From a virus, in the UHGV virus genome UHGV-0188240: a stretch of DNA of 18,499 nucleotides. One strand, given 5' to 3'. The notes under the pieces were generated by a model. That model did no database searches and was not told where the DNA came from. It saw nothing but the letters and a program-made list of their open reading frames with translations. The translations under genes were made by a program, and so were the position numbers. Positions 1-7,295 of the stretch are shown piece by piece; position 1 is the stretch's first letter, and every line of letters begins with the position of its first letter.

Positions 1-28
1 TAAATTGACTTTGTGATTTGCAAAAAAA

Positions 29-496
29 TTATTTCAGGCATTGCGTCCTGATGTATTCCTGCAGGTAGTTAACCTGCGCGGTTATCCTGTCGATTCCACT
101 TCGGAGACGGTAATAATTGAGTTCAGCATCTGCTGTAAGTCTTGGGCTTTCTCCATCGCCCATGCTGCTGGCTCCGGTCGTTGACTTTGCACAGGTGGCG
201 GCGACTTGCAGCCGCTTACGGCCAGCAATGACATCGCTATGCAGACGCTCAATGGTTTCTTTCGCATCAGCCAGTTCTCCGGTGTATTTGGCATCCAGTG
301 CAGCGACATCACGCTGGCGGGTCTGCATGTCTTTAATGGTGGCGGTCGCCAGGAGGAGTTTCTCAGTGGCCTTATCGCGCTGGTCTCTGTAAGTGATGGC
401 GTTGTCGCGGTAGTGGTTCACGAAGAAAGCCAGTGCGCCGATTAACGCCAGCACCAGCAACTGCAGCCAGTAACGCTTAACCAGTGCGCTAATCAT
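29..496 (-). CDS. Rz: Rz-like i-spanin (inner-membrane spanin subunit)
   Basis: 155 aa ORF directly after the endolysin with 4-nt overlap; N-terminal TM segment then coiled-coil-like region; [11 protein letters not shown] and [13 protein letters not shown] motifs recalled from lambda Rz; contains an embedded +1 frame lipoprotein ORF. Confidence 0.8.
   Translation of the reverse strand: MISALVKRYWLQLLVLALIGALAFFVNHYRDNAITYRDQRDKATEKLLLATATIKDMQTRQRDVAALDAKYTGELADAKETIERLHSDVIAGRKRLQVAATCAKSTTGASSMGDGESPRLTADAELNYYRLRSGIDRITAQVNYLQEYIRTQCLK
82..267 (-). CDS. Rz1: Rz1-like o-spanin lipoprotein, embedded within Rz in another frame
   Basis: Track ORF 82..312 trimmed to internal Met ([20 protein letters not shown]...); lipobox LAVSGC followed by a Pro-rich stretch; wholly inside Rz, the classic embedded spanin arrangement. 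Confidence 0.7.
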   Translation of the reverse strand: MRKKPLSVCIAMSLLAVSGCKSPPPVQSQRPEPAAWAMEKAQDLQQMLNSIITVSEVESTG

Positions 497-942
497 GACA
501 GGAACAGAGCTCGCTCTGCCTCCCGCCGACGTGTCAGCCCATTCAGCACCTTCCCACCAGCTTTATTCCAGCGCAGGAACTCATCGGCTGCACCAGCGTA
601 ATCTCCGGCGTTGAGTTTTCGCAGGAGAGTCGATGTCGACAATGACCGCGCACCGAGGTTATACGTGAACGACACCAGGGCATCGAACTGGCCTTGTGTC
701 AGCTTCACCCTGACAACTTTCAGCACGTCATTCTCATAACCAACAAGCCCTGTTTTCAGAAGCCTGTCAGCGGTTTGCTGGTCGATAGTCATACCGCGCT
801 TTACTGGCTTTCCGTCAACCGGATGGGTCCAGCCATAGCCGATGGTCCACGGCGCATCTCCCGTTCCGGGGTCGGGGTAAGCAGTCAGCCGACAACCTTC
901 AAATTTTTTTATCAGAGCAATTCCGTCAGGACTGGTTTGCAT
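493..942 (-). CDS. endolysin, T4/P22 gp19-type lysozyme (GH24-like)
   Basis: Motifs [18 protein letters not shown] and C-terminal [12 protein letters not shown] match recalled P22 gp19-type lysozyme; start placed at internal Met (MQTSPDG); track start 969 is the alternative. Confidence 0.85.
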   Translation of the reverse strand: MQTSPDGIALIKKFEGCRLTAYPDPGTGDAPWTIGYGWTHPVDGKPVKRGMTIDQQTADRLLKTGLVGYENDVLKVVRVKLTQGQFDALVSFTYNLGARSLSTSTLLRKLNAGDYAGAADEFLRWNKAGGKVLNGLTRRREAERALFLS

Positions 943-1249
943 CGTCAACTCCCGCCTTTTTTGCTGCAAGTTTTTTAATCAGATTGCCGATCGAATCGGT
1001 GCCGATGTATCCAATAAAGACGCTGGCTATGTAGGCGAGGTTGCTGCTCAGGCCGATAAAGTCCAGAAGGTCACGAACGAACCAGGCAATCATCGCGCAC
1101 ATCAGCGCATCAATTAGCGTTTTTGTTACCGCGCCGCCGTTATAGCGACCACGCAGATACGCCATGATAAAAGCCAGCATTGCACCAATACCCTGCTCCT
1201 TGGCGGCAAGTAGCGCAGCGATGAAATCTTGTTTGTATGGCATTTTCAT
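926..1249 (-). CDS. S: class I holin, lambda S-like, with dual-start MKM motif
   Basis: [39 protein letters not shown]... closely resembles recalled lambda S; Met-Lys-Met dual start (antiholin/holin); strong SD GGAGGTGA upstream of ATG at 1249; the track ORF extends upstream without support. Confidence 0.85.
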   Translation of the reverse strand: MKMPYKQDFIAALLAAKEQGIGAMLAFIMAYLRGRYNGGAVTKTLIDALMCAMIAWFVRDLLDFIGLSSNLAYIASVFIGYIGTDSIGNLIKKLAAKKAGVDDANQS

Positions 1250-1356
1250 AGGCCTCACCTCCGATTTTCCGGATGGTGCTGTGTGTGTATGAAAAGGATC
1301 AGGCTTCACTGGCTGGATTTTCAACAAAGCACGTAGTGATTGATTCCCGTGAGCCT

Positions 1357-1382
1357 GAAATAAAAAACCCGCTCAAGGCGGG
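1357..1382 (-). terminator. candidate intrinsic terminator between the tRNA pair and the holin
   Basis: Minus-strand hairpin CCCGC-cttga-GCGGG followed by TTTTTTATTT. Confidence 0.4.
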
Positions 1383-1438
1383 AATGTTAGGGTGTGGCAA
1401 TGTCAGCTCTGCGGCTGAAGATACCCTGGCTGGGTTTT

Positions 1439-1514
1439 TGGTGCCGGTTAACGGATTTGAACCGCTACCTATTCACTTACAAGGCGACCGCTCTACCATT
1501 GGAGCTAAACCAGC
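1439..1514 (-). tRNA. tRNA-like gene, 76 nt, anticodon UGU (Thr-like), encoded CCA
   Basis: Manual fold of reverse complement: acceptor GCTGGTT/AACCGGC (one G-U), D-arm GCTC/GAGC, anticodon loop CTTGTAA, T-arm AGCGG-TTCAAAT-CCGTT, discriminator A then CCA; one G-A mismatch at the top of the anticodon stem. Confidence 0.6.
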
Positions 1515-1519
1515 ATGTT

Positions 1520-1594
1520 TGGCGGGACAGCGTGGACTCGAACCACGATAAGAAGGTTAACAGCCTTCCGTAATGACCTTTATACGACTGACCC
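1520..1594 (-). tRNA. tRNA-like gene, 75 nt, anticodon GUU (Asn-like), encoded CCA
   Basis: Manual fold: anticodon stem GAAGG/CCTTC with loop CTGTTAA, T-arm CGTGG-TTCGAGT-CCACG, acceptor GGGTCAG/CTGTCCC with one T-T mismatch, 3-bp D-stem; lies 5 nt upstream of the other tRNA on the same strand. Confidence 0.55.
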
Positions 1595-1640
1595 AAATAA
1601 AAAAAGCCACCGTTGCAACTTAAGAGTCACTAACGGCAGC
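1595..1640 (-). terminator. candidate tR' intrinsic terminator of the late leader
   Basis: Minus-strand stem GCUGCCGUU / AACGGUGGC (9 bp with two G-U) around a 17-nt loop, followed by UUUUUUUAUUU; sits just downstream of Q and the candidate late promoter. Confidence 0.45.
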
Positions 1641-1644
1641 TTAT

Positions 1645-1680
1645 GCGAATAGTGTTGCTCATTTGCTCAATGATGTCAAC
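1645..1680 (-). promoter_or_regulatory. candidate late promoter pR' / Q-utilisation region
   Basis: Perfect -35 TTGACA on the minus strand (plus 1674-1679) a few nt after the Q stop; no convincing -10 hexamer found, so placement is tentative. Confidence 0.3.
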
Positions 1681-1685
1681 ACGTT

Positions 1686-2174
1686 CTATGCTACATGTTT
1701 AATTTTCTCTACACGTTTCCGGTTTTTAAACGCACTATCCAGAACTGGGTAAATCATAAACAACGAAGCATTGAGGATTTCGTCAACTTCCCGGCGACAG
1801 GTTGCGAGCGATGGTTTTTGAATACGCCCGCCGCCCCGGCATAACATCTTGCGAGGTCTTGCGACACGATGATAGTAAGATGCAATGGCATGCTTGGAAG
1901 ATCCATGAGCGTAGTAGCTGAGGAGGATGCCAAAGGCTTTCTTGTCAATGCACATGACGGAATCGACGACCTGAGAAATCAACATTCCATCATCATCATT
2001 ACACATTGGCCTTGTCATAACTCTTCCCGGCTCTACGCTCTCCATGAACTTCGCTATTACGCTGCTCATGCGCTTTTCCAGACGACCTGAATAAACCCAT
2101 GCGCCCCACAGTTCAAGCCAGCCATTCAGCCAATCGTGCTGTTCTTTGGTGAGGTTTATTTCTCTTATGCTCAT
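1686..2174 (-). CDS. Q: late-gene antiterminator Q, non-lambda type (phage 21/82-like class)
   Basis: 162 aa; WGAW and CNDDDGMLI motifs recalled from 21/82-type Q proteins; sits between the nin region and the lysis cassette with promoter and terminator immediately downstream. Confidence 0.75.
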   Translation of the reverse strand: MSIREINLTKEQHDWLNGWLELWGAWVYSGRLEKRMSSVIAKFMESVEPGRVMTRPMCNDDDGMLISQVVDSVMCIDKKAFGILLSYYAHGSSKHAIASYYHRVARPRKMLCRGGGRIQKPSLATCRREVDEILNASLFMIYPVLDSAFKNRKRVEKIKHVA

Positions 2175-2359
2175 CGTCTTCCCCTCTTGCCCTGTTTGAC
2201 CATCAGGACGCCGTTAACTATTACGTGACGCTCGCCTTTGCTGTCTCGGTTGTACTTGAGCACTGTTCCTCTTGCGCAGGAAAGCATCCTCGCCACTTCG
2301 GTCTGATTGCCTCGTGTCTGGATAAGAAGCTCTGGTATCGTTTGAATTGTGGCGTTCAT
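2171..2359 (-). CDS. ninH: NinH-like small HTH DNA-binding protein
   Basis: 62 aa; TIPELLIQTRGNQTEVARMLSCARGTVLKY resembles recalled lambda NinH; start overlaps the rusA stop. Confidence 0.65.
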   Translation of the reverse strand: MNATIQTIPELLIQTRGNQTEVARMLSCARGTVLKYNRDSKGERHVIVNGVLMVKQGKRGRR

Positions 2360-2718
2360 ACGTTCTCCAGTTCGGTGATTTTTATTCCAAGCCGTCCGCC
2401 TGGTACTTTCACGCCACGAATTACGCGAATGTCATCGAATTGCTCGTCGTCTTCCGCAAATCCTGCGTGGATAAGGGAATCGAGTAAACCTTTCAGGATG
2501 TTATCGAGGTCGCGGCGGCGGGAGTCTGGAACGTCTGCGATTACTTTGATGCGGAGTCGTGATTTGGTGAAAATGTCTAACTTGAGTTGGCGGATGATTT
2601 GCTGAACGTCTTTTCGGTATTTCTGGCCTTTATCGCTGATGTAGTATTGGCTTCCCCGTCTTCGCCAGTAGGTGTTCACCGACGGCGGGTATGGAAGCAC
2701 AAACTGATATTCGTTCAT
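2356..2718 (-). CDS. rusA: RusA-family Holliday junction resolvase
   Basis: 120 aa; size, acidic residues and position between ybcO-like and ninH match the RusA family as recalled. Confidence 0.8.
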   Translation of the reverse strand: MNEYQFVLPYPPSVNTYWRRRGSQYYISDKGQKYRKDVQQIIRQLKLDIFTKSRLRIKVIADVPDSRRRDLDNILKGLLDSLIHAGFAEDDEQFDDIRVIRGVKVPGGRLGIKITELENV

Positions 2719-3005
2719 GGCTTAATCTTCCCCTCCTTCAGCAGTATCGCCTGCGTCCTGATCACGCCTTCGAGGTGGTAAAGTCTGGCGTCTTTGTTGT
2801 CGAGAATCATTGTGCGTCGGTCGATCTCCGCGTGGCAGTCACTACAAGCCCATGCGCCGATCAGGTCGTCAGGCTTCATTCCCGTTCCGCAAATTCCAGC
2901 CATCCGGTAATGCGCCAGAACTGTAGTTTCAGGATTGCCATTGCATACGCCGTAAATACGTACCTGACATTCTCTGCCGCGTGCTTCTTTGCGTAGATTG
3001 GCCAT
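2715..3005 (-). CDS. ybcO: YbcO-like DUF1364 protein, Cys/His-rich putative nuclease
   Basis: 96 aa with CNG...H...C..C..CH pattern; same size and position (before rusA) as DLP12 ybcO as recalled. Confidence 0.55.
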   Translation of the reverse strand: MANLRKEARGRECQVRIYGVCNGNPETTVLAHYRMAGICGTGMKPDDLIGAWACSDCHAEIDRRTMILDNKDARLYHLEGVIRTQAILLKEGKIKP

Positions 3006-3727
3006 TAAGCAGCCTCCCCTGTTACTTTCAGCATTCCGTTATCGAGCAGCTTTCTGGTCAGCCACTGTTGACCACGCCCGGTGATTTTTGTGGTGAACGA
3101 TATCTGTATTCCGTGATTTGTATTGACCGCTGTTTCTTTCACTGTGAAATAGCCGCGATCCATATATTCCTGCATTGGCACATTGCGCCGGGAACCTGAA
3201 GCAATAAGGATTTTGTGATCGCGCATCCACGCAAACAGTTTGTTTGGACCAATACCGACAACCTTTGCAAAGTTTCCAATCAAAATTCCGCTGGCTTCGC
3301 CAACTCGATCGGCAAACTCAACTTTAGGTGCGGCAATTGCGAGCTGGTTTTCCAGTTGCATTTTCTGCTCAGCAAGGTCAGCAGCAAGGCGCAACGCTTC
3401 TGGTAGCGTTTTGGGGATATTAACCGCAGCGTCTTCAAGATCTCGCCAGCGGTCAACAAGGCGAGCGGTGAACTCTGGCGACAACTGGGCAACAACAACA
3501 ATACTATCTCGCTTACCTTGTTCGCCTTCGAAGACGTAATGCTCGTACTGAACATTGAACCCTAAGTTATTGATTCTTTCGGAAACCTCAATTTGAGGAA
3601 GCCGGATAACACCATTTTTAGCCAGTGTTTCGATGGTACGTTTCACATTGTCATGACGCTTACCCACCAACTCAGCGATTTCAATGCTTGTCATTTTGAT
3701 GGCATTGCCATTTATTAACTCATTCAT
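3005..3727 (-). CDS. phage antirepressor-like protein: N-terminal Rha domain plus C-terminal KilAC/ANT-like domain
   Basis: 240 aa; N-terminal MTSIEIAELVGKRHDNVKRTIETL resembles Rha regulatory domain; C-terminal half resembles KilAC antirepressor domain; inserted in the nin region. Confidence 0.7.
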   Translation of the reverse strand: MNELINGNAIKMTSIEIAELVGKRHDNVKRTIETLAKNGVIRLPQIEVSERINNLGFNVQYEHYVFEGEQGKRDSIVVVAQLSPEFTARLVDRWRDLEDAAVNIPKTLPEALRLAADLAEQKMQLENQLAIAAPKVEFADRVGEASGILIGNFAKVVGIGPNKLFAWMRDHKILIASGSRRNVPMQEYMDRGYFTVKETAVNTNHGIQISFTTKITGRGQQWLTRKLLDNGMLKVTGEAA

Positions 3728-3890
3728 CGTCTTCTTCCTCGTACATTGAGCTATTCGGATCGCTCATCAGTTCTGCACAGCAGTGCTCACACACGTGAAC
3801 TTCCAGCACATGCAGCTTCTGACCGCAGTTAGCGCACGTTAAAGCTCGCTCGACACTTCCTTGTTCGTAACTTCGATTTTGGTCAATCAC
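3720..3890 (-). CDS. ninF: NinF-like zinc-ribbon protein, GTG start
   Basis: [31 protein letters not shown] matches recalled lambda NinF; start re-placed to GTG at 3890 (GTGA overlap with ninE stop, SD GAGGAA 6 nt upstream); track start 3932 is also GTG and has no better support. Confidence 0.6.
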   Translation of the reverse strand: MIDQNRSYEQGSVERALTCANCGQKLHVLEVHVCEHCCAELMSDPNSSMYEEEDDE

Positions 3891-4069
3891 CTTGTTTTCC
3901 TCGCACGTTCTCTTAGCCACCGGATATCCCACAGGTGAGCCGTGTAGTTGAAGGTTTTTACGTCAGATTCTTTTGGGATTGGCTTGCGTTTATTTCTGGA
4001 GCGCTTCGTTGGAAGGTATTTGCAGTTTTCGCAGATGATGTCGGTGATGCTTCGTCGCTGTCGTCTCAT
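3887..4069 (-). CDS. ninE: NinE-like protein
   Basis: [51 protein letters not shown] matches recalled lambda NinE; start at internal ATG with SD AGGAGG and ATGA overlap with the ninB stop. Confidence 0.65.
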   Translation of the reverse strand: MRRQRRSITDIICENCKYLPTKRSRNKRKPIPKESDVKTFNYTAHLWDIRWLRERARKTR

Positions 4070-4476
4070 TCGTACCTCCTGTCGGTAAATCTGACACCCT
4101 GACCAATAGCCCATGCTGTCGTGTACTCAATCAGGCTTGCCATGCGCTTCACGCTCATCTGCGCGCTACTTTCGCGAATGTTGACGTATTCGCCTTCAAG
4201 CCCGGGCAAAACATCAGCTTCCTGCTTTGTTGCCACTGCATGACCGCTTATCAACAAAACCTTCCATTGTTCTGGTTTTAACCATTTGCCGCACCATTGA
4301 ACCTGACTTGCGATATCCGCCAGCATCGCGTGAAATTTTGCGTTCTGGTCAAGGTTGCGCTTGTAGTCAGTAATGCGGATGGTAACTGGCTTGTCTTTAT
4401 CGAGTGGTGTTGCGAGGATGGCGGTGATTGCGGCTTGCTGTTGTTGCTTACTCCTGAGGAAAATTGTCTGTTTCAT
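4066..4476 (-). CDS. ninB: NinB (Orf-family recombination mediator)
   Basis: 136 aa from ATG 4476 (SD GAGGA 5 nt upstream); LDQN, W.G.WL and QW motifs parallel recalled lambda NinB. Confidence 0.75.
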   Translation of the reverse strand: MKQTIFLRSKQQQQAAITAILATPLDKDKPVTIRITDYKRNLDQNAKFHAMLADIASQVQWCGKWLKPEQWKVLLISGHAVATKQEADVLPGLEGEYVNIRESSAQMSVKRMASLIEYTTAWAIGQGVRFTDRRYE

Positions 4477-4484
4477 GGAATTCC

Positions 4485-4691
4485 TCAATATGTGTAAATG
4501 CTATATCCGTTTTTATTTGTCCTGGTGCCATAGCCATATAGGCTCCAGTCATCCTGTTTTCTCTCACCAAAAATATGCTTGCGGTATTCTTCCTGCTGGC
4601 GTCTCCATATTTCCATCATGTCTGGCTGGTTCTTTTCTCGCATTTTTCGAATCTGCTCAAGGATGAACTCTATTTGCTGCTGATTTGTCAT
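4485..4691 (-). CDS. hypothetical small protein (nin region)
   Basis: 68 aa from ATG 4691 with SD AGGAG 5 nt upstream; no recognised family. Confidence 0.45.
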   Translation of the reverse strand: MTNQQQIEFILEQIRKMREKNQPDMMEIWRRQQEEYRKHIFGERKQDDWSLYGYGTRTNKNGYSIYTY

Positions 4692-4701
4692 GCTCACTCC
4701 T

Positions 4702-4917
4702 TTACTTTAAATCCAGACTCCGAATAATTCTGTTGCGCTGAAACTCATTGTTGAGTTTGGACAACCGTCGAAGAACACGGTCACGCGGATAGCGTCGTGC
4801 AGCAGGTGAATGCTCATACAACTCATCAATCGGCAAACTGGACGATGAACGATACCGATACCAACGCACCAACTCTTCACGAAAATTAGCCCTGACAAGC
4901 TCAGCTATCGTACTCAT
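4702..4917 (-). CDS. hypothetical basic small protein (nin region)
   Basis: 71 aa, Arg-rich; SD GGAGG about 10 nt upstream of ATG 4917; no recognised family. Confidence 0.45.
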   Translation of the reverse strand: MSTIAELVRANFREELVRWYRYRSSSSLPIDELYEHSPAARRYPRDRVLRRLSKLNNEFQRNRIIRSLDLK

Positions 4918-4920
4918 TTC

Positions 4921-5007
4921 TTAAAGCCTCCAATTCCCTCTCCCCCAAATAAAAAGGCCTGCGATTACCAGCAGGCCTGTTATTAGCTCAGTGATGTAGA
5001 TGGTCAT
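4921..5007 (-). CDS. 28-codon hydrophobic mini-ORF (MTIYITELITGLLVIAGLFIWGRGNWRL), questionable
   Basis: ATG overlaps the stop of the upstream gene (ATGA); single predicted TM segment; the coding sequence contains the terminator hairpin at 4947-4978, so it may not be a gene. Confidence 0.2.
   Translation of the reverse strand: MTIYITELITGLLVIAGLFIWGRGNWRL
4947..4978 (-). terminator. intrinsic terminator in the nin region (tR2-like position)
   Basis: Perfect 8-bp inverted repeat AGGCCTGC / GCAGGCCT with 8-nt loop, followed on the minus strand by TTTTTATTT. Confidence 0.5.
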
Positions 5008-5273
5008 TGCTTCATCTCCCTTTCCATTTCATCAATGTCAACGTCATCAGGAAGGTGGGAGCAATACGCCGCTATACCATGATGATTTATCTCATACCCT
5101 TTGAACGTTACCATCTGGCGCGTAATCTCAACTTCGTTCAGGAATCCGTCATCGCATAACTGCCTGGCTATTTTCGATTTGGTCTGGATTATTGGTAGTG
5201 CCTGTTCTTTCAAAGCGCATGATATTTGTGCATCCCATGCCTTTTCGAGAATGGCTAATTGTTTTTTATTCAT
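5004..5273 (-). CDS. hypothetical protein (nin region)
   Basis: 89 aa; start overlaps the upstream stop; acidic C-terminus; no recognised family. Confidence 0.45.
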   Translation of the reverse strand: MNKKQLAILEKAWDAQISCALKEQALPIIQTKSKIARQLCDDGFLNEVEITRQMVTFKGYEINHHGIAAYCSHLPDDVDIDEMEREMKQ

Positions 5274-5560
5274 TGCCTTACCTCCATAAGCGCCCTATTA
5301 ATAAACGCCGTCATTGGATTTGCACATCCCCACCCCGTACCATCTGGATTTCTTTTAATTGGCTCCTTCTTCACTTTGCGTTTCGCATAAATAACCGTCT
5401 TCCACTTACGCTCAACAACACTCAAATGCCCTTGTTTCACCATATGCCTTGCTGCTTGAGCGATTCTGTTATTTGGTATTCCGGTGATCAGAGCTAATTC
5501 ATGTGGGGAGAATTGTTCATGAGTTTTCAGATATTCCAGGATGATTTCTTTTCCAGTCAC
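5270..5560 (-). CDS. hypothetical protein, possibly HTH/winged-helix DNA-binding, GTG start
   Basis: 96 aa; GTG start in GTGA overlap with the DnaC-like stop, SD AGGAG 6 nt upstream; lambda ren position but no recognised similarity. Confidence 0.45.
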   Translation of the reverse strand: MTGKEIILEYLKTHEQFSPHELALITGIPNNRIAQAARHMVKQGHLSVVERKWKTVIYAKRKVKKEPIKRNPDGTGWGCANPMTAFINRALMEVRQ

Positions 5561-6450
5561 GATCTGCTCCTGTAACTATCCCATGTAAACGCAAGGGTGC
5601 ATCCGCCGCCATCATTCATCCTGTCAATAACACGCTCACCAATGAATGCCGAAAGTTCATCTTTGCTCTGATTACTAATCAGGATTGTTGGCTTCATGTA
5701 TTCATATCTGGTGTTGATAATTTCGAACATGATTAGCTTTTCAGCATCACTGCCGAACTGCACGCCAACCTCATCGATTATTAACAAGTCAGGATGCGTA
5801 AATTGCCTAATGACTTCTTCTTCAGTTCTGGTTGCGGCCTTAGACCATGTTGATTTGTACTCTCTGGCAATTTTCAACGCAGTGGTAAATATCACAGAGC
5901 TTTGATGCTCGATAATGGCGTGCCTAGCGATAGCCAGTGCAAGGTGGTTCTTTCCAGTTCCAGGCTTACCACACATGACCAGTCCGCCACCTTTCTGAAG
6001 GCGTTCAGGCCACTTACTGGCATATGCCTGGCATACCTTAAGAACTCGCTTTGCATCATCGTTAACAGGCTCATAATTCTGAAGAGTGCAATTTTTGAAC
6101 CTCTCTGGAATATTGAGAGAATTCAACAAATATTCAATTTTTGATTGTCTTGCTCTTTGTTCTGCCTGCTCACGTTCAATCTCTTTCTTACGAATTTTCT
6201 CCTCAAGGCACTGTGGGCACTCAGATTTACTTGAAGTAATTCTTTTTCCTGAGATGGTCAGATATTTCTCATAGGAAGTATATTTACCGTGTTTCTCGCA
6301 CTCTTCCACTGTGCTGGTAACTGACATTCCATCTGATGCTGATCCAATTTTGCTAAACTCAAGTTTCTGTTTCAGATCAGAAATGTCATTGATTTTTGAG
6401 TCTACAAGTTGCCTTTGCAGTGCCAGATTGTAACCATTTGTCGTATTCAT
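5557..6450 (-). CDS. DnaC-like helicase loader (IstB-like AAA+ ATPase), replication protein P analogue
   Basis: Walker A GKPGTGKNHLA and Walker B LLIIDEVG; N-terminal Cys-rich segment (C..C, CPQC); start placed at internal ATG 6450 with SD AGGAG, rather than track start 6468. Confidence 0.85.
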   Translation of the reverse strand: MNTTNGYNLALQRQLVDSKINDISDLKQKLEFSKIGSASDGMSVTSTVEECEKHGKYTSYEKYLTISGKRITSSKSECPQCLEEKIRKKEIEREQAEQRARQSKIEYLLNSLNIPERFKNCTLQNYEPVNDDAKRVLKVCQAYASKWPERLQKGGGLVMCGKPGTGKNHLALAIARHAIIEHQSSVIFTTALKIAREYKSTWSKAATRTEEEVIRQFTHPDLLIIDEVGVQFGSDAEKLIMFEIINTRYEYMKPTILISNQSKDELSAFIGERVIDRMNDGGGCTLAFTWDSYRSRS

Positions 6451-6452
6451 AT

Positions 6453-7295
6453 TCACTCCTGCGCCCATGAAGGCATTTCAGTTTGCCCGTAATCTTTGGC
6501 GGCAAAGTTTTCCTGCATAGCTCGCTGCTGCGGCCTCGGTTGAGATTTCCCCTTTGGAGTCTTGGGTTCAAAAATCCCCTGCCAACCACTGGCGATGCTC
6601 TGGTTTATAATTTCTTCAGGTGTATATCCCTTCTCCAGACTTCTGCTTAGAACGTTGATAGCCTGAGTGACACTTTGCTTAGACTTGATCGACTTACCTA
6701 TCTCCTTGCGATAGGTAACCCACGACAACCATGTTTCTGCTGATAACCAATCAGGCAACTCTGTTTCTAGCGGGTCGAACTTCTGAGAAACTTTTTTGGG
6801 GGATATAGGGGGTTTATTAATATTTTCTTTTGTCTTTAAAGAATGTCTTTTGTGTGTCTCTAACTTCGAGACATTGAGTGTCTCTAATTTGGAGACATTT
6901 TTTGTCTCTAACTTCGAGACAAAGTTGCTAACTTGGAGACACTTGCTGAATTGCCACGCAGATACCTCACTGTTTACACCGATTTGATTTCCATCCATAA
7001 ACAGGCAATTCATTGAAATCAGTTCTTTTTTAGCCTTGTTAACATTCTGCCTTGACAGTCCTGTTAACTGAGCAATTTGCTCATCGGCTATTCGATCTGT
7101 TTTCTTATTGAATCCATATGTTTTCCGGACGTAGGCCAGCATAACTTTCAACTGGCGAGCGGTTAAATCAGCACTTGCGATAGCTTCCAGCAGCTCGTTA
7201 GCGAATCTGGTGTAACCATCATCGATATCAGCCACTCTTCGCTCCTGTTCAACAGGTTCACTCTTCGACAGGTAAAATACTTCAGCCAGGCTCAT
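6453..7295 (-). CDS. replication initiator O-like protein
   Basis: N-terminal ADIDDGYTRF...ADLT.RQLKV...RKTYG parallels recalled lambda O; start re-placed to ATG 7295 (SD GGAGG 6 nt upstream); internal tandem peptide repeat VSKLET encoded by the ori iterons. Confidence 0.8.
   Translation of the reverse strand: MSLAEVFYLSKSEPVEQERRVADIDDGYTRFANELLEAIASADLTARQLKVMLAYVRKTYGFNKKTDRIADEQIAQLTGLSRQNVNKAKKELISMNCLFMDGNQIGVNSEVSAWQFSKCLQVSNFVSKLETKNVSKLETLNVSKLETHKRHSLKTKENINKPPISPKKVSQKFDPLETELPDWLSAETWLSWVTYRKEIGKSIKSKQSVTQAINVLSRSLEKGYTPEEIINQSIASGWQGIFEPKTPKGKSQPRPQQRAMQENFAAKDYGQTEMPSWAQE
6855..6941. repeat. replication origin iterons inside the O-like gene, with adjacent AT-rich region at about 6800-6850
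   Basis: Three near-identical 19-bp dyad-symmetric repeats TGTCTCTAA(C/T)TT(C/G)GAGACA at 6855-6873, 6879-6897, 6903-6921 and a degenerate fourth at about 6925-6941, period 24 bp; arrangement mirrors lambda ori within O. Confidence 0.7.

Noticed and set aside
82-445. Plus-strand ORFs 117..392 and 206..445 overlapping Rz
   Set aside because: Antisense to Rz/Rz1 with no SD; Rz/Rz1 is the supported reading.
926-1327. Full-length track ORF for the holin including a 26-residue N-terminal extension ([12 protein letters not shown]...)
   Set aside because: The strong SD sits immediately before the internal MKM dual start, which matches lambda S; the extension is upstream read-through of an open frame.
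1250-1440. Possible Shiga-toxin or other cargo gene between the tRNAs and the holin, as in Stx phages
   Set aside because: The interval is about 190 bp with no ORF of useful size; only a terminator-like hairpin is present.
6855-6941. Possible CRISPR array suggested by short direct repeats
   Set aside because: Only three to four 19-bp dyad-symmetric repeats with 5-bp spacers, inside the O-like gene and in-frame as a peptide repeat; this is an iteron origin, not a CRISPR array.
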